A stretch of DNA of 55,313 nucleotides from a virus (IMGVR_UViG_3300044676_002656:1-55313), one strand, 5' to 3'. Shown: positions 46,426 to 55,313, counted from the first letter of the stretch. A program made the numbers and translations. The notes: generated from the letters alone by a model not told the origin.

Positions 46426-46910
46426 TAAGAATACCTTGTCTTCTTTCTTCTATCCGGCATAACAGCACCGCAGCCTCGATGATTACTTTTAGTGAAGAAC
46501 CCGCCATCTTTTGCTGTCCTGTACTGCTTAGTCTTATCAGCAATCTTCTTAGGCTGTGATGAAAACTGCTTGCCAGCTTTTGTATCCTCTCTTTTAGCCT
46601 TAGTCGTTGCCGCATACTCTTGGCTCGATAGCGCCTGTCTTGCTTTCCTAGGCAAGTACCGCTCACCGGTAGCTTTAGGTCCCTGCGTAGACGGCTTGCC
46701 AGACTTTGTTCCCCAATCCTGCTTGCTCCACTGAGAAAGCTTGTTACTACTTTTTTTCTTCGGGCCTGAGTAAGTACCACCAGAACCTTTGTAATACTTT
46801 ACAGCAAGTTGCATTGCTCGAGCAGAGTGTTTGCCACCCATCTTAGCCTTGGCTCTGGACTTAGCTGCCGCCCACTTCGCTGGATCTTTTTTGGTTGCTG
46901 TAGCTGTCAT
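46425..46910 (-). CDS. Small basic protein (DUF5872-like)
   Basis: HSARAMQLA...GGTYSG...LSQWSKQDWGTKSG...ERYLP. Confidence 0.7.
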   Translation of the reverse strand: MTATATKKDPAKWAAAKSRAKAKMGGKHSARAMQLAVKYYKGSGGTYSGPKKKSSNKLSQWSKQDWGTKSGKPSTQGPKATGERYLPRKARQALSSQEYAATTKAKREDTKAGKQFSSQPKKIADKTKQYRTAKDGGFFTKSNHRGCGAVMPDRRKKTRYS

Positions 46911-47026
46911 TAGTTTATCTTAGTTACTGGTCTTTTGTTAGGCAACATGCTAGAGAAACCTCTAGGTTTTACATACTGAGGTGGTGGTGCTTTAACGACA
47001 GAATCAACTCTCTTTATATCATTCAT
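46910..47026 (-). CDS. 38-aa basic peptide (MNDIKRVDSVVKAPPPQYVKPRGFSSMLPNKRPVTKIN)
   Basis: Manual translation; TAATG coupled on both sides, filling the gap exactly. Confidence 0.6.
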   Translation of the reverse strand: MNDIKRVDSVVKAPPPQYVKPRGFSSMLPNKRPVTKIN

Positions 47027-47355
47027 TAATCAATCTTCACAGTTATAGAACCATTAGTTATAACCTGAACTTCTCCAACGCCGGTAGATCCCTGTAGGCC
47101 AGCGGTCGATGGCGTTGATATGTTTACAAACTCATTGCCAGTATAGACTTGCAGGGCATTTATACTTAGATTCCAAATGACATCGCCTGCGTTAAACTGT
47201 AATTCCGATATGCTTTGATTTGTAAACTGAGGCGTTGCGCTTGGATCATACGCATTTAAATTAAGCTCTATAAGCCTGATCGCCTTGTTAAATACATCCT
47301 TGCCAACAGTCTCAGAGTTGGCAAACGGCAGTGCCGTATTAAGTATCTTAGCCAT
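47026..47355 (-). CDS. Tail-associated protein
   Basis: 109 aa directly after the nozzle gene; TAATG coupling. Confidence 0.55.
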   Translation of the reverse strand: MAKILNTALPFANSETVGKDVFNKAIRLIELNLNAYDPSATPQFTNQSISELQFNAGDVIWNLSINALQVYTGNEFVNISTPSTAGLQGSTGVGEVQVITNGSITVKID

Positions 47356-49235
47356 TATCTGCGACCATTAGGTTGTATATCTAATCGCGTTCCCCCAATC
47401 CTAAAGCCAACATCTATCTTTTGAGCATTTGTACCATCATCATCAGATTCAAATCGAAGAGCCGCCTGCCTTGCTCTAGCTCTCATATCTATCTTGTTAG
47501 TAGTGCTTGTGAATGACGATGTCTGATCCGTTGTAAAGCTCTGTCCAGGATAGTCTCTTGTCTTGATCTGAACGTTAATCGTTTGGTCAGAACCAGATCC
47601 TTGAAACTTAACATCAGGGATAAAACGTTTAATAAACTGAAAGTCTTCACCTTCGCCTATGTCAAAGTCAGCACTCTGAACAAAAACGTTATCCATTGGC
47701 TCGCCATCCGCGTTATAGCCAATCTCATGAGAGTATAAGTACGGCGTGTCGCCATGCTTACCAGCAGCAGTTGGAAGATTAAAGATACCTTCGTCCAACC
47801 AAGCTGTTCTAGATAGCTGACCAATAGACCAAGTGTTTTCTACATAGTTAAATGTCACATAAAGATCAACGGCAGTGGCGCCAAGGCTGCAATAAAACCA
47901 GCTAACCTCATCAAACTGCTTGTTCAACGTACCGACAACTTGAAAAGATTGTCCTTCGTCAAGGTTATCAAAAACGTAAGAATGTACAGTGCAAGGGACG
48001 GGCTCAACAGATCCGTTATACCTGTAGAATCCTTTCTTATCCATCCAGAATATTCCAGATGGAGAGTTAACCATTGCATTTGGTCCAATCAAGCTTACGC
48101 CTTCGTTTAAAAGATTAAGGCCAAAGGTTAGCGGCGGTCCAATAAACTGTAGGCTATAAAGCGCAACGTCAGTCCAGATCAAAGTTTCTTGTCTAGCTCT
48201 TACAGCGCCAATAATCTCAGACCCAGCAGAACATCTTAAAGACCCTGCTGTGTTGTCGGACCTGGGCTCCCAGTCTGAAATGTTTTCTTGGTCAGAAAAT
48301 GCTACAAGTAACGGATCAATATCACCGCTTCTTATTCCAGCAACAATAGGATCTGCGCCTAATACAATGGCGTGTCGATCAACGTCAGAGATAAGGACTT
48401 GAAGCCCTTTTGTCGGCGCAAGGTTAGAGCCAGCTAAAGAGTTTAACGCCACAGCTCTAGTATTAAGTCCGTTAGACTTATCCCAATAGTAAAGTCCTCC
48501 AGCTCTTGGGCAGGCAAACAGGTCTTCACCAAAATTATCCATAGACCACAGCCGAAGCTGATTTGCATCTGTTAAAGAGCTAGTTGAGCCCCAGGTTCCA
48601 GAACCCCATCCGCCAACACCCCAACCTGTACCGTCAACAAAGACATCTAGACCAACTGTTATTTGATACGCAGCAACAGTAGAAGATCCGCCATTACCAG
48701 TATCACTGCCATTAGCCGTGACTGTAGCGCCATCTGTGTCTTTTGCCGTGATGGTATAGGTGTTTGTCGTTGGGACTGAAACAATCTGATACTCTTGGTT
48801 TAAAACGTCTGCAATAATGTTTCCGCCTAATGACGCTGCATCTGAAAAAGTAACAAAGTCGTTTATGTTTGCGCCATGGTTTGAATCAGTGATCGTTAAG
48901 GTTGAAGAACCATTGACAGCGGCAAAGGTAGCAGCGCCTGCAGCAGAAGTCTTTCTTATAGGGGTGATATCGTTGTAACTAGAACCTTCCTGGATGTACA
49001 GCTTGTATCGAGTTCCTAGTCCAAGAAGCTTTGTGCCGTCTAAGTCAACCCAGGCGTGTAGCTTTCTGCCAGTTCCTTCATAAGAGACAGATATATATTT
49101 TTCCCAACCGCCTATCTTTTCAGCAAACCCTTTTCTAAACCTAACAAGATTGCCATCAAACCAGCCTCCTTCTGCGGTGTAGCTAGTTCCCTGCTTGTTT
49201 ATACCTGGATTAAATATAAATTTTTGTAAAGGCAT
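47355..49235 (-). CDS. Tail nozzle / tubular protein B-like
   Basis: MPLQKFIFNPGINK...VRFRKG...EKIGGW, AFSDQE, LIWTD; beta-propeller-like; upstream of the ejection genes. Confidence 0.68.
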   Translation of the reverse strand: MPLQKFIFNPGINKQGTSYTAEGGWFDGNLVRFRKGFAEKIGGWEKYISVSYEGTGRKLHAWVDLDGTKLLGLGTRYKLYIQEGSSYNDITPIRKTSAAGAATFAAVNGSSTLTITDSNHGANINDFVTFSDAASLGGNIIADVLNQEYQIVSVPTTNTYTITAKDTDGATVTANGSDTGNGGSSTVAAYQITVGLDVFVDGTGWGVGGWGSGTWGSTSSLTDANQLRLWSMDNFGEDLFACPRAGGLYYWDKSNGLNTRAVALNSLAGSNLAPTKGLQVLISDVDRHAIVLGADPIVAGIRSGDIDPLLVAFSDQENISDWEPRSDNTAGSLRCSAGSEIIGAVRARQETLIWTDVALYSLQFIGPPLTFGLNLLNEGVSLIGPNAMVNSPSGIFWMDKKGFYRYNGSVEPVPCTVHSYVFDNLDEGQSFQVVGTLNKQFDEVSWFYCSLGATAVDLYVTFNYVENTWSIGQLSRTAWLDEGIFNLPTAAGKHGDTPYLYSHEIGYNADGEPMDNVFVQSADFDIGEGEDFQFIKRFIPDVKFQGSGSDQTINVQIKTRDYPGQSFTTDQTSSFTSTTNKIDMRARARQAALRFESDDDGTNAQKIDVGFRIGGTRLDIQPNGRR

Positions 49236-49236
49236 T

Positions 49237-49662
49237 TTATCTAACCTGATATTCTCCAGAGCTGATCATCTGGCAAATTTCTAATGAGCGGTCGCCAACC
49301 TGTTCAGCCCAGCGACTACGGTAAAACTCTTGGCCTGCTTCTTCGTATTTACCAGTAGCCATATGCCCAAGAGCCTTGACGAATGTTCTAAGTTTGGTCT
49401 GCCCAAGGTTAAACGACAAGTCAATTATGGCATCTTGGCGCACGCTGTCCAAACTTGAGAACCATTCATACTCTTGGGTTAGCTCTTTTCGGCAGCGTCT
49501 AATATCATTAACTAGCAAATATTCTATTTCGTCATCAGAAAGTCCAAGGCCAGATTCACTGATATTCCTACCAACGCCAATGGTCTCGTACCCAGCAGAG
49601 CACATATAGACCTTATCTCTAACGCCTTCGTGCCGCTTTAGCATATTAACTAATCGCATCAT
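49237..49662 (-). CDS. Endolysin, T4-lysozyme-like (GH24)
   Basis: LKRHEG...Y.CSAGYETIGVGRN, DLSFNLG, SRWAEQVGDR. Confidence 0.85.
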   Translation of the reverse strand: MMRLVNMLKRHEGVRDKVYMCSAGYETIGVGRNISESGLGLSDDEIEYLLVNDIRRCRKELTQEYEWFSSLDSVRQDAIIDLSFNLGQTKLRTFVKALGHMATGKYEEAGQEFYRSRWAEQVGDRSLEICQMISSGEYQVR

Positions 49663-50135
49663 TCGTCATGCTTATGTGATGCGCCGTAGTAGAAACTGAT
49701 AATAGATGAGACGATCCCACCCAAATAACCAAGCACAAGATTAACAATGCCATTGTCTGTAGCAACAGGGTCTTGTAGCGTGACCAGCGCGATGTAACCT
49801 CCGAAGAATAGGACGCAAGTAACCGCAATAAATTTTGGCGTCCAGTCACCTTTGAAAGCCATCCGAGCATTCTGGATGTCGTCTGTTTCAAGTTTAAAAA
49901 CATCTACGTCTAGCTCCTTCATCCGCGCCTGAAAATCAAATTCCGCTTTTTTAATTTCTGCAAGTTGTTCGGGGGTTGCCGCTTGGACGGCTTTCTCAAT
50001 GCTCTTTTCATCAGCCTTGCACCCTAATACATTAGCAATAGTTTGTGCCGCAGCACCACCTAAAGGCCCACCGAGCGCCTTCCCAATAGTGGGTGCTAAC
50101 GTACCGATTAATCCTTTGATGGCGTTAAATTTCAT
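49659..50135 (-). CDS. Putative holin
   Basis: APTIGKALGGPLGG N-terminus; two C-terminal TM helices ending FYYGAS; overlaps the lysin start. Confidence 0.65.
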   Translation of the reverse strand: MKFNAIKGLIGTLAPTIGKALGGPLGGAAAQTIANVLGCKADEKSIEKAVQAATPEQLAEIKKAEFDFQARMKELDVDVFKLETDDIQNARMAFKGDWTPKFIAVTCVLFFGGYIALVTLQDPVATDNGIVNLVLGYLGGIVSSIISFYYGASHKHDE

Positions 50136-50332
50136 TGGGTCAGAACCAAGCCAACAATAGCGAGTAAAGAAGTAATCATGACGGGGTAGATGCCCCAGAT
50201 CATTTTCTCCAGTTTATCGAACCGCGCAGAACCAGAATCTAGGCGTTTGTTGATAGCGTCATACCGCAAGGCGCATTCAGCTTCATGAATCTCAATCTTC
50301 TTTAACGCTTTGCTTGCATGAGTCTCGGCCAT
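50132..50332 (-). CDS. Small coiled-coil protein with C-terminal TM (XhlA-like)
   Basis: HEAECALRY...RFDKLEKMIWG followed by a hydrophobic tail. Confidence 0.6.
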   Translation of the reverse strand: MAETHASKALKKIEIHEAECALRYDAINKRLDSGSARFDKLEKMIWGIYPVMITSLLAIVGLVLTQ

Positions 50333-51117
50333 TAGTTATTTCCATTCCAAATGTAGACAATTTCAAAAGCTGCGCTAATCGCAATATCAGCCCCCGCGCT
50401 GTCGCCAATCGCTCGATACTCAATATCGGTTTTCTCCTCAAACTCGAGAGGCAGGCTATAGGTCAAAGTCGTCTGGCTTTCCGCTTTCACAAACCGATCT
50501 TTCACCTGAAATACTTCGCCGTATGGCCGAGCAACCAGTGACGCTGTGCAGTATTTGTTGTTTTGGGTAGTCGCTACTGTAACATCAGTTTGCAACAAGT
50601 ACGCCGTGTGGTTGGCCGGAACCGTCCAAATCGCCATCAAAGTCTGGTTGTCGCCAATCGCAATCGTTGCGTATTTATTAGCTGGAACCCCAGAGGTGAC
50701 TGTGCCGGTGCCTGCATAAATAACCCCCGCATTTTCACCGCCTGACCCAGCAGAATTAACCACCATGCGGAAGATGCGTAAGTAAGAATTCGTTGTAGTA
50801 ACAGCAGTCTGGCCGTTCAAGGTTACGGTCTCGCTAATCTCGGAATAATTAGCATCTAAACCAGACAACGTAACCGTTCGAGCGCCAGTCCCAGCACTGG
50901 TATCATCAGTCGAAGAAGACGATACGGACAACTGTGTGGCGGCTGCTAAATAAGAATAGAGTCCACCCTGCGCCCATACCGTTTCAAGGCTATCGTCAAT
51001 ATCAGGATTAAAACCGAACTTATGGACATCGTAATGCCAAGCAACTTGCCCTCGGGCCACTTGAAGTTCAAATGGCTCGCTAGTCCCAACTCTTGTTATA
51101 GAGCTTATTTGGCTCAT
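50332..51117 (-). CDS. Putative virion structural protein
   Basis: 261 aa, beta/Thr-rich; KFGFNPD, GTGARTV, LDANY. Confidence 0.6.
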   Translation of the reverse strand: MSQISSITRVGTSEPFELQVARGQVAWHYDVHKFGFNPDIDDSLETVWAQGGLYSYLAAATQLSVSSSSTDDTSAGTGARTVTLSGLDANYSEISETVTLNGQTAVTTTNSYLRIFRMVVNSAGSGGENAGVIYAGTGTVTSGVPANKYATIAIGDNQTLMAIWTVPANHTAYLLQTDVTVATTQNNKYCTASLVARPYGEVFQVKDRFVKAESQTTLTYSLPLEFEEKTDIEYRAIGDSAGADIAISAAFEIVYIWNGNN

Positions 51118-51377
51118 TAGTTCACTAATTCTGCTTCAGGTTCTTCAACCACTTGGATTGATTCACGCAGAGCGTTTTCACGAAAGCCTAATGCAACCTG
51201 TAGATTAATACTCTGCTGCTGTGCTGCCGCAATTTGATTCTGCAAATCACCAAGCTGTTTGCGCAGGTTAACCACCTCGACGTAGTGCACTTTGGTGTCG
51301 TTACCAAGTTCATTTACGTCATACTCCTGATCGTCAATCGTTAAAATTACGGGTTGCTGCTCTTGTTGCTCACTCAT
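51117..51377 (-). CDS. Small coiled-coil protein (start MSEQQEQQ)
   Basis: LTIDDQEY followed by a coiled coil; AGGAG RBS. Confidence 0.6.
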   Translation of the reverse strand: MSEQQEQQPVILTIDDQEYDVNELGNDTKVHYVEVVNLRKQLGDLQNQIAAAQQQSINLQVALGFRENALRESIQVVEEPEAELVN

Positions 51378-51783
51378 ACCTACTCCTAGTTGGTTGCTGT
51401 TGCTTGTTCCAAAGCTCAAAAAGCGTTTCAATCTTATCTTCTTGAGTTTCAGTGGTTCCGTCTAGTCTACCTAATTTTATCTCAATTGCATTGAGCTGTT
51501 GGCGCAAAGAAAGAATTTCTTCCTGCTGGCTCTCTAACGCCATAATCTTGGCGTTCTGAATCAAATCGTCGGGTAACGCGCCTCGCAAACCTAAAGGCCA
51601 TTCACGAACAAATTTTGCATTTTCCCGAACCGTTATGCTCTGTATATCAATATCGTGCTCAACTGTCGTGATCCGAGTGTCCAACGTAATGTACGCTGTT
51701 GTCGCCATCACCAAGCCTGCACCTAAAGCAATAAGGTTCCGTAAAGGAATCTCAACGGTTGTGTCTTCGCTAATCTCCGCCAC
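51370..51783 (-). CDS. Membrane-anchored coiled-coil protein
   Basis: N-terminal TM; C-terminal KIETLFELWNK. Confidence 0.6.
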   Translation of the reverse strand: MAEISEDTTVEIPLRNLIALGAGLVMATTAYITLDTRITTVEHDIDIQSITVRENAKFVREWPLGLRGALPDDLIQNAKIMALESQQEEILSLRQQLNAIEIKLGRLDGTTETQEDKIETLFELWNKQQQPTRSRYE

Positions 51784-51935
51784 TACTTGTTCCTGTTATT
51801 CCACAGCTCAAACAGTGTGCGGATCTTCTCCTTAATCTGCTCGATATCAGCGTGCATCTTGGCAAGCACGATAACCAAAGTTACAAATCCCAAGGCGATA
51901 GGCCAGATAGCCCCGATAGCGTCTAATGCGTCCAT
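51783..51935 (-). CDS. Small membrane protein (start MDALDAIG)
   Basis: TM followed by KIRTLFELWNN. Confidence 0.6.
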   Translation of the reverse strand: MDALDAIGAIWPIALGFVTLVIVLAKMHADIEQIKEKIRTLFELWNNRNK

Positions 51936-51937
51936 AC

Positions 51938-52378
51938 CTACTTCACAATCGTGTATATGATTGTGAAACATATATACAACCCGACACAAACCAAGACACA
52001 TCCAACTGCAAGACCTGCGTAGTGCATCCGCTGATTTATCTTCTTTACATGTGCATTCTTAGCCTCTAATCGAGCCTTTCGGGCTTTAGCCTGAAACACA
52101 ATAAAGTCGTCCCATAGTCCAGCCCGTCCGTAGTAGACCATAAAATCTTGCAGCTCTTGCTCTGCCCGAGCTATTTGCTCCAAAGCCATAAATTCTTCTG
52201 CGTCAGAAGCAAACAAAGACTTCTTGTTCTTTTGTTGCCTAGCCTTTAGATCTTCTTTAGCATTGACCATCTGACCGATTTGGCTAAAACAATCGTGCAA
52301 GTCCTTGCCGTTGCCAATAAACTGCTTAACTACTCCAAAAGCAGTATTAAAGGCAACAAGCTCTGCAATCATTACCAA
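51938..52378 (-). CDS. Hypothetical protein with C-terminal TM
   Basis: 146 aa; helical, hydrophobic C-terminus. Confidence 0.6.
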   Translation of the reverse strand: MVMIAELVAFNTAFGVVKQFIGNGKDLHDCFSQIGQMVNAKEDLKARQQKNKKSLFASDAEEFMALEQIARAEQELQDFMVYYGRAGLWDDFIVFQAKARKARLEAKNAHVKKINQRMHYAGLAVGCVLVCVGLYICFTIIYTIVK

Positions 52379-52387
52379 GGCTTCCTT

Positions 52388-52633
52388 TTAAGACGCTGTG
52401 TAGCCATTACCTGCGCTGATAGCTGCATTAACTGCGGTCATGTCTTCGCTGCCCCAATCTTCTTTGGCGACCATAAGCTCAAGGTGCTGAGTGTTACGAT
52501 CAACACAGTCTTGACGGTCTTCGGCAGATTCATCCGCCATAGAGTCTCCTGCGATAATCGCGTTGATAAGAGATACACTGTCACCCATTGCTGAGTAGTC
52601 TTGTGCTAGTTGTTCTGCTGTTCGGTCTTCCAT
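52388..52633 (-). CDS. Small acidic protein after the tail fibre (possible fibre assembly or accessory protein)
   Basis: 81 aa; AAGGAG RBS. Confidence 0.6.
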   Translation of the reverse strand: MEDRTAEQLAQDYSAMGDSVSLINAIIAGDSMADESAEDRQDCVDRNTQHLELMVAKEDWGSEDMTAVNAAISAGNGYTAS

Positions 52634-52647
52634 TGTTTATCTCCTTG

Positions 52648-55313
52648 TTAAGATTCTAGTGCCTCAATACGGGCGGTTAATGATTCGATAATTGCCTGTT
52701 GGTCTTGGATGGCTTTGACAAGGATTGGTAGAAACTTGTTGTACTGAAGCCCGTACTGTTTACCATCCTCAGTTACATTAGATACAAGATTTGTTTTATC
52801 AGAAATCTTATATCCAGCAGCTTCTTCAAGAGCTATAACTGGTTGCGCTTTAAAACCAACATCCAGCCAGTCTTCTTTGTGAGTACCGTCTGGAGTCTGT
52901 GCATTAAGGTCGTACCCTTCAGCAAACTTATCACCATACTTAGAACGCTTGTCCCAGTAATAAGTTACAGGTTCTAAGGCTTTTACAAAGTCTAAGCCAA
53001 GGTCTAGAGGTGTGAAGTCTGTCTTGTCTCGCTCGTCAGATGGGGAAATAGTTTGTACTTGAGCATAAATAGCAACAATATTTTCATCGCCAAGACAGAT
53101 ATTATTGCTATGCGTAGTGATATTGCCGCCCGGACTTCCTGTAAAACCTGCATCATGTCCTAAAAATAGATTGTTGCTACCAGAGGTTACGTTATACCCA
53201 GCCGATTTGCCTACTGCCGTATTATCGGTGCCTGTTACAACGCCGTTACTCATTGAGAAATAACCTACAGAGGTATTAGAGCTTCCAGTGGTCATTAGGT
53301 CACCAGCAGTAGCACCAATGAGGGTATTTTCAGTGCCTGTGGTTACTGACGCACCCGCATCATATCCCAATGCTGTGTTGTTGGATGCGGTGGTGTTTTT
53401 ATTAAGTGAGCCTCTACCCACAGCAGTATTATATGCTCCTGTAGTAGTATCACCTAAAGCACCCGAACCTACCGCAGTGTTATAACTTGCTGTAGTGTTG
53501 GCTTGCAACGAACCTTTACCAGTAGCTGTGTTTTCTGTGCCTGTGGTGTTTGCGCCTAAAGCGTCATAACCAATTGCCGTGTTGTTACTTGCTGTGGTGT
53601 TAGCGTCAAGTGCATTACGACCTACGGCTACGTTGTTAGTGCCTGTTGTGGATGAAGACATCGCACTCGTACCCACAGCCGTGTTGCTATGTGCGCTTGT
53701 AGCTACAAAAAGAGTGTTTACGCCTAACGCAACATTACCTTCCCCTGTCATTGCACCGCTTAAAGCACCGTAACCTACTGCAGTAGAGTAGGATGCTGTA
53801 GTAGCCCCATCACCAGCAAGACCACCTATGAGCGTATTGTAAATGCCTGTGGTGACTGCGGTTCCTGCAAATGCACCAAGTGCTGTGTTATAGGTGTTAG
53901 TAGGTACAGTAAGGTTTTGAGCAGCCAGTGCATTGAAACCAACAGCAACAGAGTAATCGCCTTTTGTGTCAGACGTTAGTGCCTGATGCCCTATTGCAAC
54001 AACGCCATAGCCTGTCGTGGATGCGTCCAAAGCCAAAGAACCCACTGCTACATTATCAGCGCCTGTGGTGTTTGCTGTTAAAGCAGAATAACCCACCGCG
54101 GTGTTATTAATAGCTGTGGTATTTGCACCTAAAGCGGATGCCCCAACAGCTACGTTGTAGTATCCCGTGGTATTTGCATCGGCAGCAAGACCACCAATGA
54201 AGGTATTGTGTGTGCCTGTGGTTACTGATAGACCAGCATTACGCCCAACCGCAGTATTATATGTTGCGGTTGTAGAAGTGAAGTTTTGAGTTAATAACGC
54301 CTGATAACCAATAGCAGTTGAACTGCCCCCTTTAGTATCTGAACTCAATGCTGCTCTGCCTACTGCTACGTTGTAATCTGCTTCAGTGAGCGCATCTCCT
54401 GCTAAAGCACCGATGAGGGTGTTTTCAACGCCTGTGGTTACTGACGCACCCGCATCATATCCCACTGCTGTATTGTAAGCATTTGTTGCCGAAGTAAAGT
54501 TTTGATTCTGTAAAACACCATAGCCTACCGCAGTTGACCTTGAACCAAGAGTGTCTGTAGTTAGTGCTGATCGCCCTATTGCCGTGTTTCGGTCTGCGTT
54601 AGTAAAAGCATCACCAGCATTGTATCCAAGCAAGACGTTGTTGCCTCCCGTGGTAATTGCGGCTCCTGCGTTGTAGCCAACTGCGGTATTGTTTGGGCCT
54701 GTGGTGTTTGCAAATAAAGCACGATACCCACTAGCTGTGTTGTTAGAGGCGGTAGTATTTGCGTATAAACTTTGCTGTCCAGTGGCTGTGTTGTAGCTAC
54801 CAGTAGTGTTCGTTTGCAAAGTTCCCAAACCAAAGGCAGAGTTATAATTACCTGTAGTGTTCGCTGTTAATGACTGCCAACCTGTAGCTGTGTTTTCTGT
54901 GCCTGTGGTGTTTGCGTTTAAAGAGTTGAAGCCCACTGCTGTGTTGTTACTTGCTGTGGTGTTTGCTAATAAAGCACCCCGACCAAAAGCAGAATTATTC
55001 TCGCCTGTTGTAGTAAGTTTTAATGCACTTACCCCCACCGCAGTATTATTTGCAGCCGTAGTATTTGTCGTTAATGCCTGATAACCAACCGCAGTATTGT
55101 CAGCAGCGGTGGTATTTGCGTCTAAAGCTAAAGCACCTACAGCAGTATTACCTGTGCCTGTGGAGTTTGCGTTTAATGAATTATAGCCCACTGCTGTGTT
55201 GTTACTTGCTGTGGTATTTGCGCCTAATGCGTCTCTACCAACGGCAACATTTGATCCGCCTGTTGTGTTGGCTTCTAGTGAGCTGCGACCCAAGGCTGTA
55301 TTGTTAGATGCTG
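52648..55313 (-). CDS. Tail fibre, repeat shaft and C-terminal S74 intramolecular chaperone (continuation of 1300-1)
   Basis: 14-aa NTTASNNTAVGxxAL repeats; SDERDKTDF...LEPVTYYW...GFKAQ...YNKFLPILVKAIQD followed by a coiled coil. Confidence 0.88.
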   Translation of the reverse strand, partial: ASNNTALGRSSLEANTTGGSNVAVGRDALGANTTASNNTAVGYNSLNANSTGTGNTAVGALALDANTTAADNTAVGYQALTTNTTAANNTAVGVSALKLTTTGENNSAFGRGALLANTTASNNTAVGFNSLNANTTGTENTATGWQSLTANTTGNYNSAFGLGTLQTNTTGSYNTATGQQSLYANTTASNNTASGYRALFANTTGPNNTAVGYNAGAAITTGGNNVLLGYNAGDAFTNADRNTAIGRSALTTDTLGSRSTAVGYGVLQNQNFTSATNAYNTAVGYDAGASVTTGVENTLIGALAGDALTEADYNVAVGRAALSSDTKGGSSTAIGYQALLTQNFTSTTATYNTAVGRNAGLSVTTGTHNTFIGGLAADANTTGYYNVAVGASALGANTTAINNTAVGYSALTANTTGADNVAVGSLALDASTTGYGVVAIGHQALTSDTKGDYSVAVGFNALAAQNLTVPTNTYNTALGAFAGTAVTTGIYNTLIGGLAGDGATTASYSTAVGYGALSGAMTGEGNVALGVNTLFVATSAHSNTAVGTSAMSSSTTGTNNVAVGRNALDANTTASNNTAIGYDALGANTTGTENTATGKGSLQANTTASYNTAVGSGALGDTTTGAYNTAVGRGSLNKNTTASNNTALGYDAGASVTTGTENTLIGATAGDLMTTGSSNTSVGYFSMSNGVVTGTDNTAVGKSAGYNVTSGSNNLFLGHDAGFTGSPGGNITTHSNNICLGDENIVAIYAQVQTISPSDERDKTDFTPLDLGLDFVKALEPVTYYWDKRSKYGDKFAEGYDLNAQTPDGTHKEDWLDVGFKAQPVIALEEAAGYKISDKTNLVSNVTEDGKQYGLQYNKFLPILVKAIQDQQAIIESLTARIEALES
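55089..55313. repeat. Terminal overlap, copy 2
   Basis: Matches 1-225. Confidence 0.95.

Noticed and set aside
52648-55313. Diversity-generating retroelement acting on the tail fibre
   Set aside because: No reverse transcriptase, and the repeats are short in-frame units rather than a TR/VR pair with adenine-specific differences.

Overview
The window appears to be a complete, circularly assembled genome (about 55,088 bp unique) of a tailed dsDNA bacteriophage. Bases 1-225 repeat 55089-55313 with one mismatch, and the join falls inside a long repeat-rich tail-fibre gene. The minus strand carries a long morphogenesis arm: terminase large subunit, small basic proteins, P22-like portal, low-complexity proteins, GroES, scaffold, major capsid, adaptor and tail proteins, tail fibre with an S74 chaperone, lysis genes, nozzle and four ejection-type proteins. 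This suggests a podovirus-like virion. The region 19.7-25.6 kb is a plus-strand early region with sigma70-like promoters, UUCG hairpins, a GP88-like gene and a C5 DNA methyltransferase. The region 25.6-35.8 kb is a divergent replication module: TerS, putative origin, PAPS-reductase-like protein, DUF3310, prim-pol/helicase, Sak4-like ATPase, SSB, SF2 helicase and Cas4-like nuclease. I saw no standalone DNA or RNA polymerase, integrase, tRNA or CRISPR array. The most notable observations are: (1) a methyltransferase split across two nested reading frames; (2) a recurring [FYM]xxGG motif, plus an RGxG C-terminal motif, on many unrelated putative head and ejection proteins, suggesting an undescribed capsid targeting or maturation code; (3) an oriC-like origin with iterons, an IHF site and a DnaA box; (4) two candidate structured RNAs; (5) a prion-like Gly/Tyr/Met/Gln protein next to the portal. 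All family assignments are from motif recognition by eye, not database searches.
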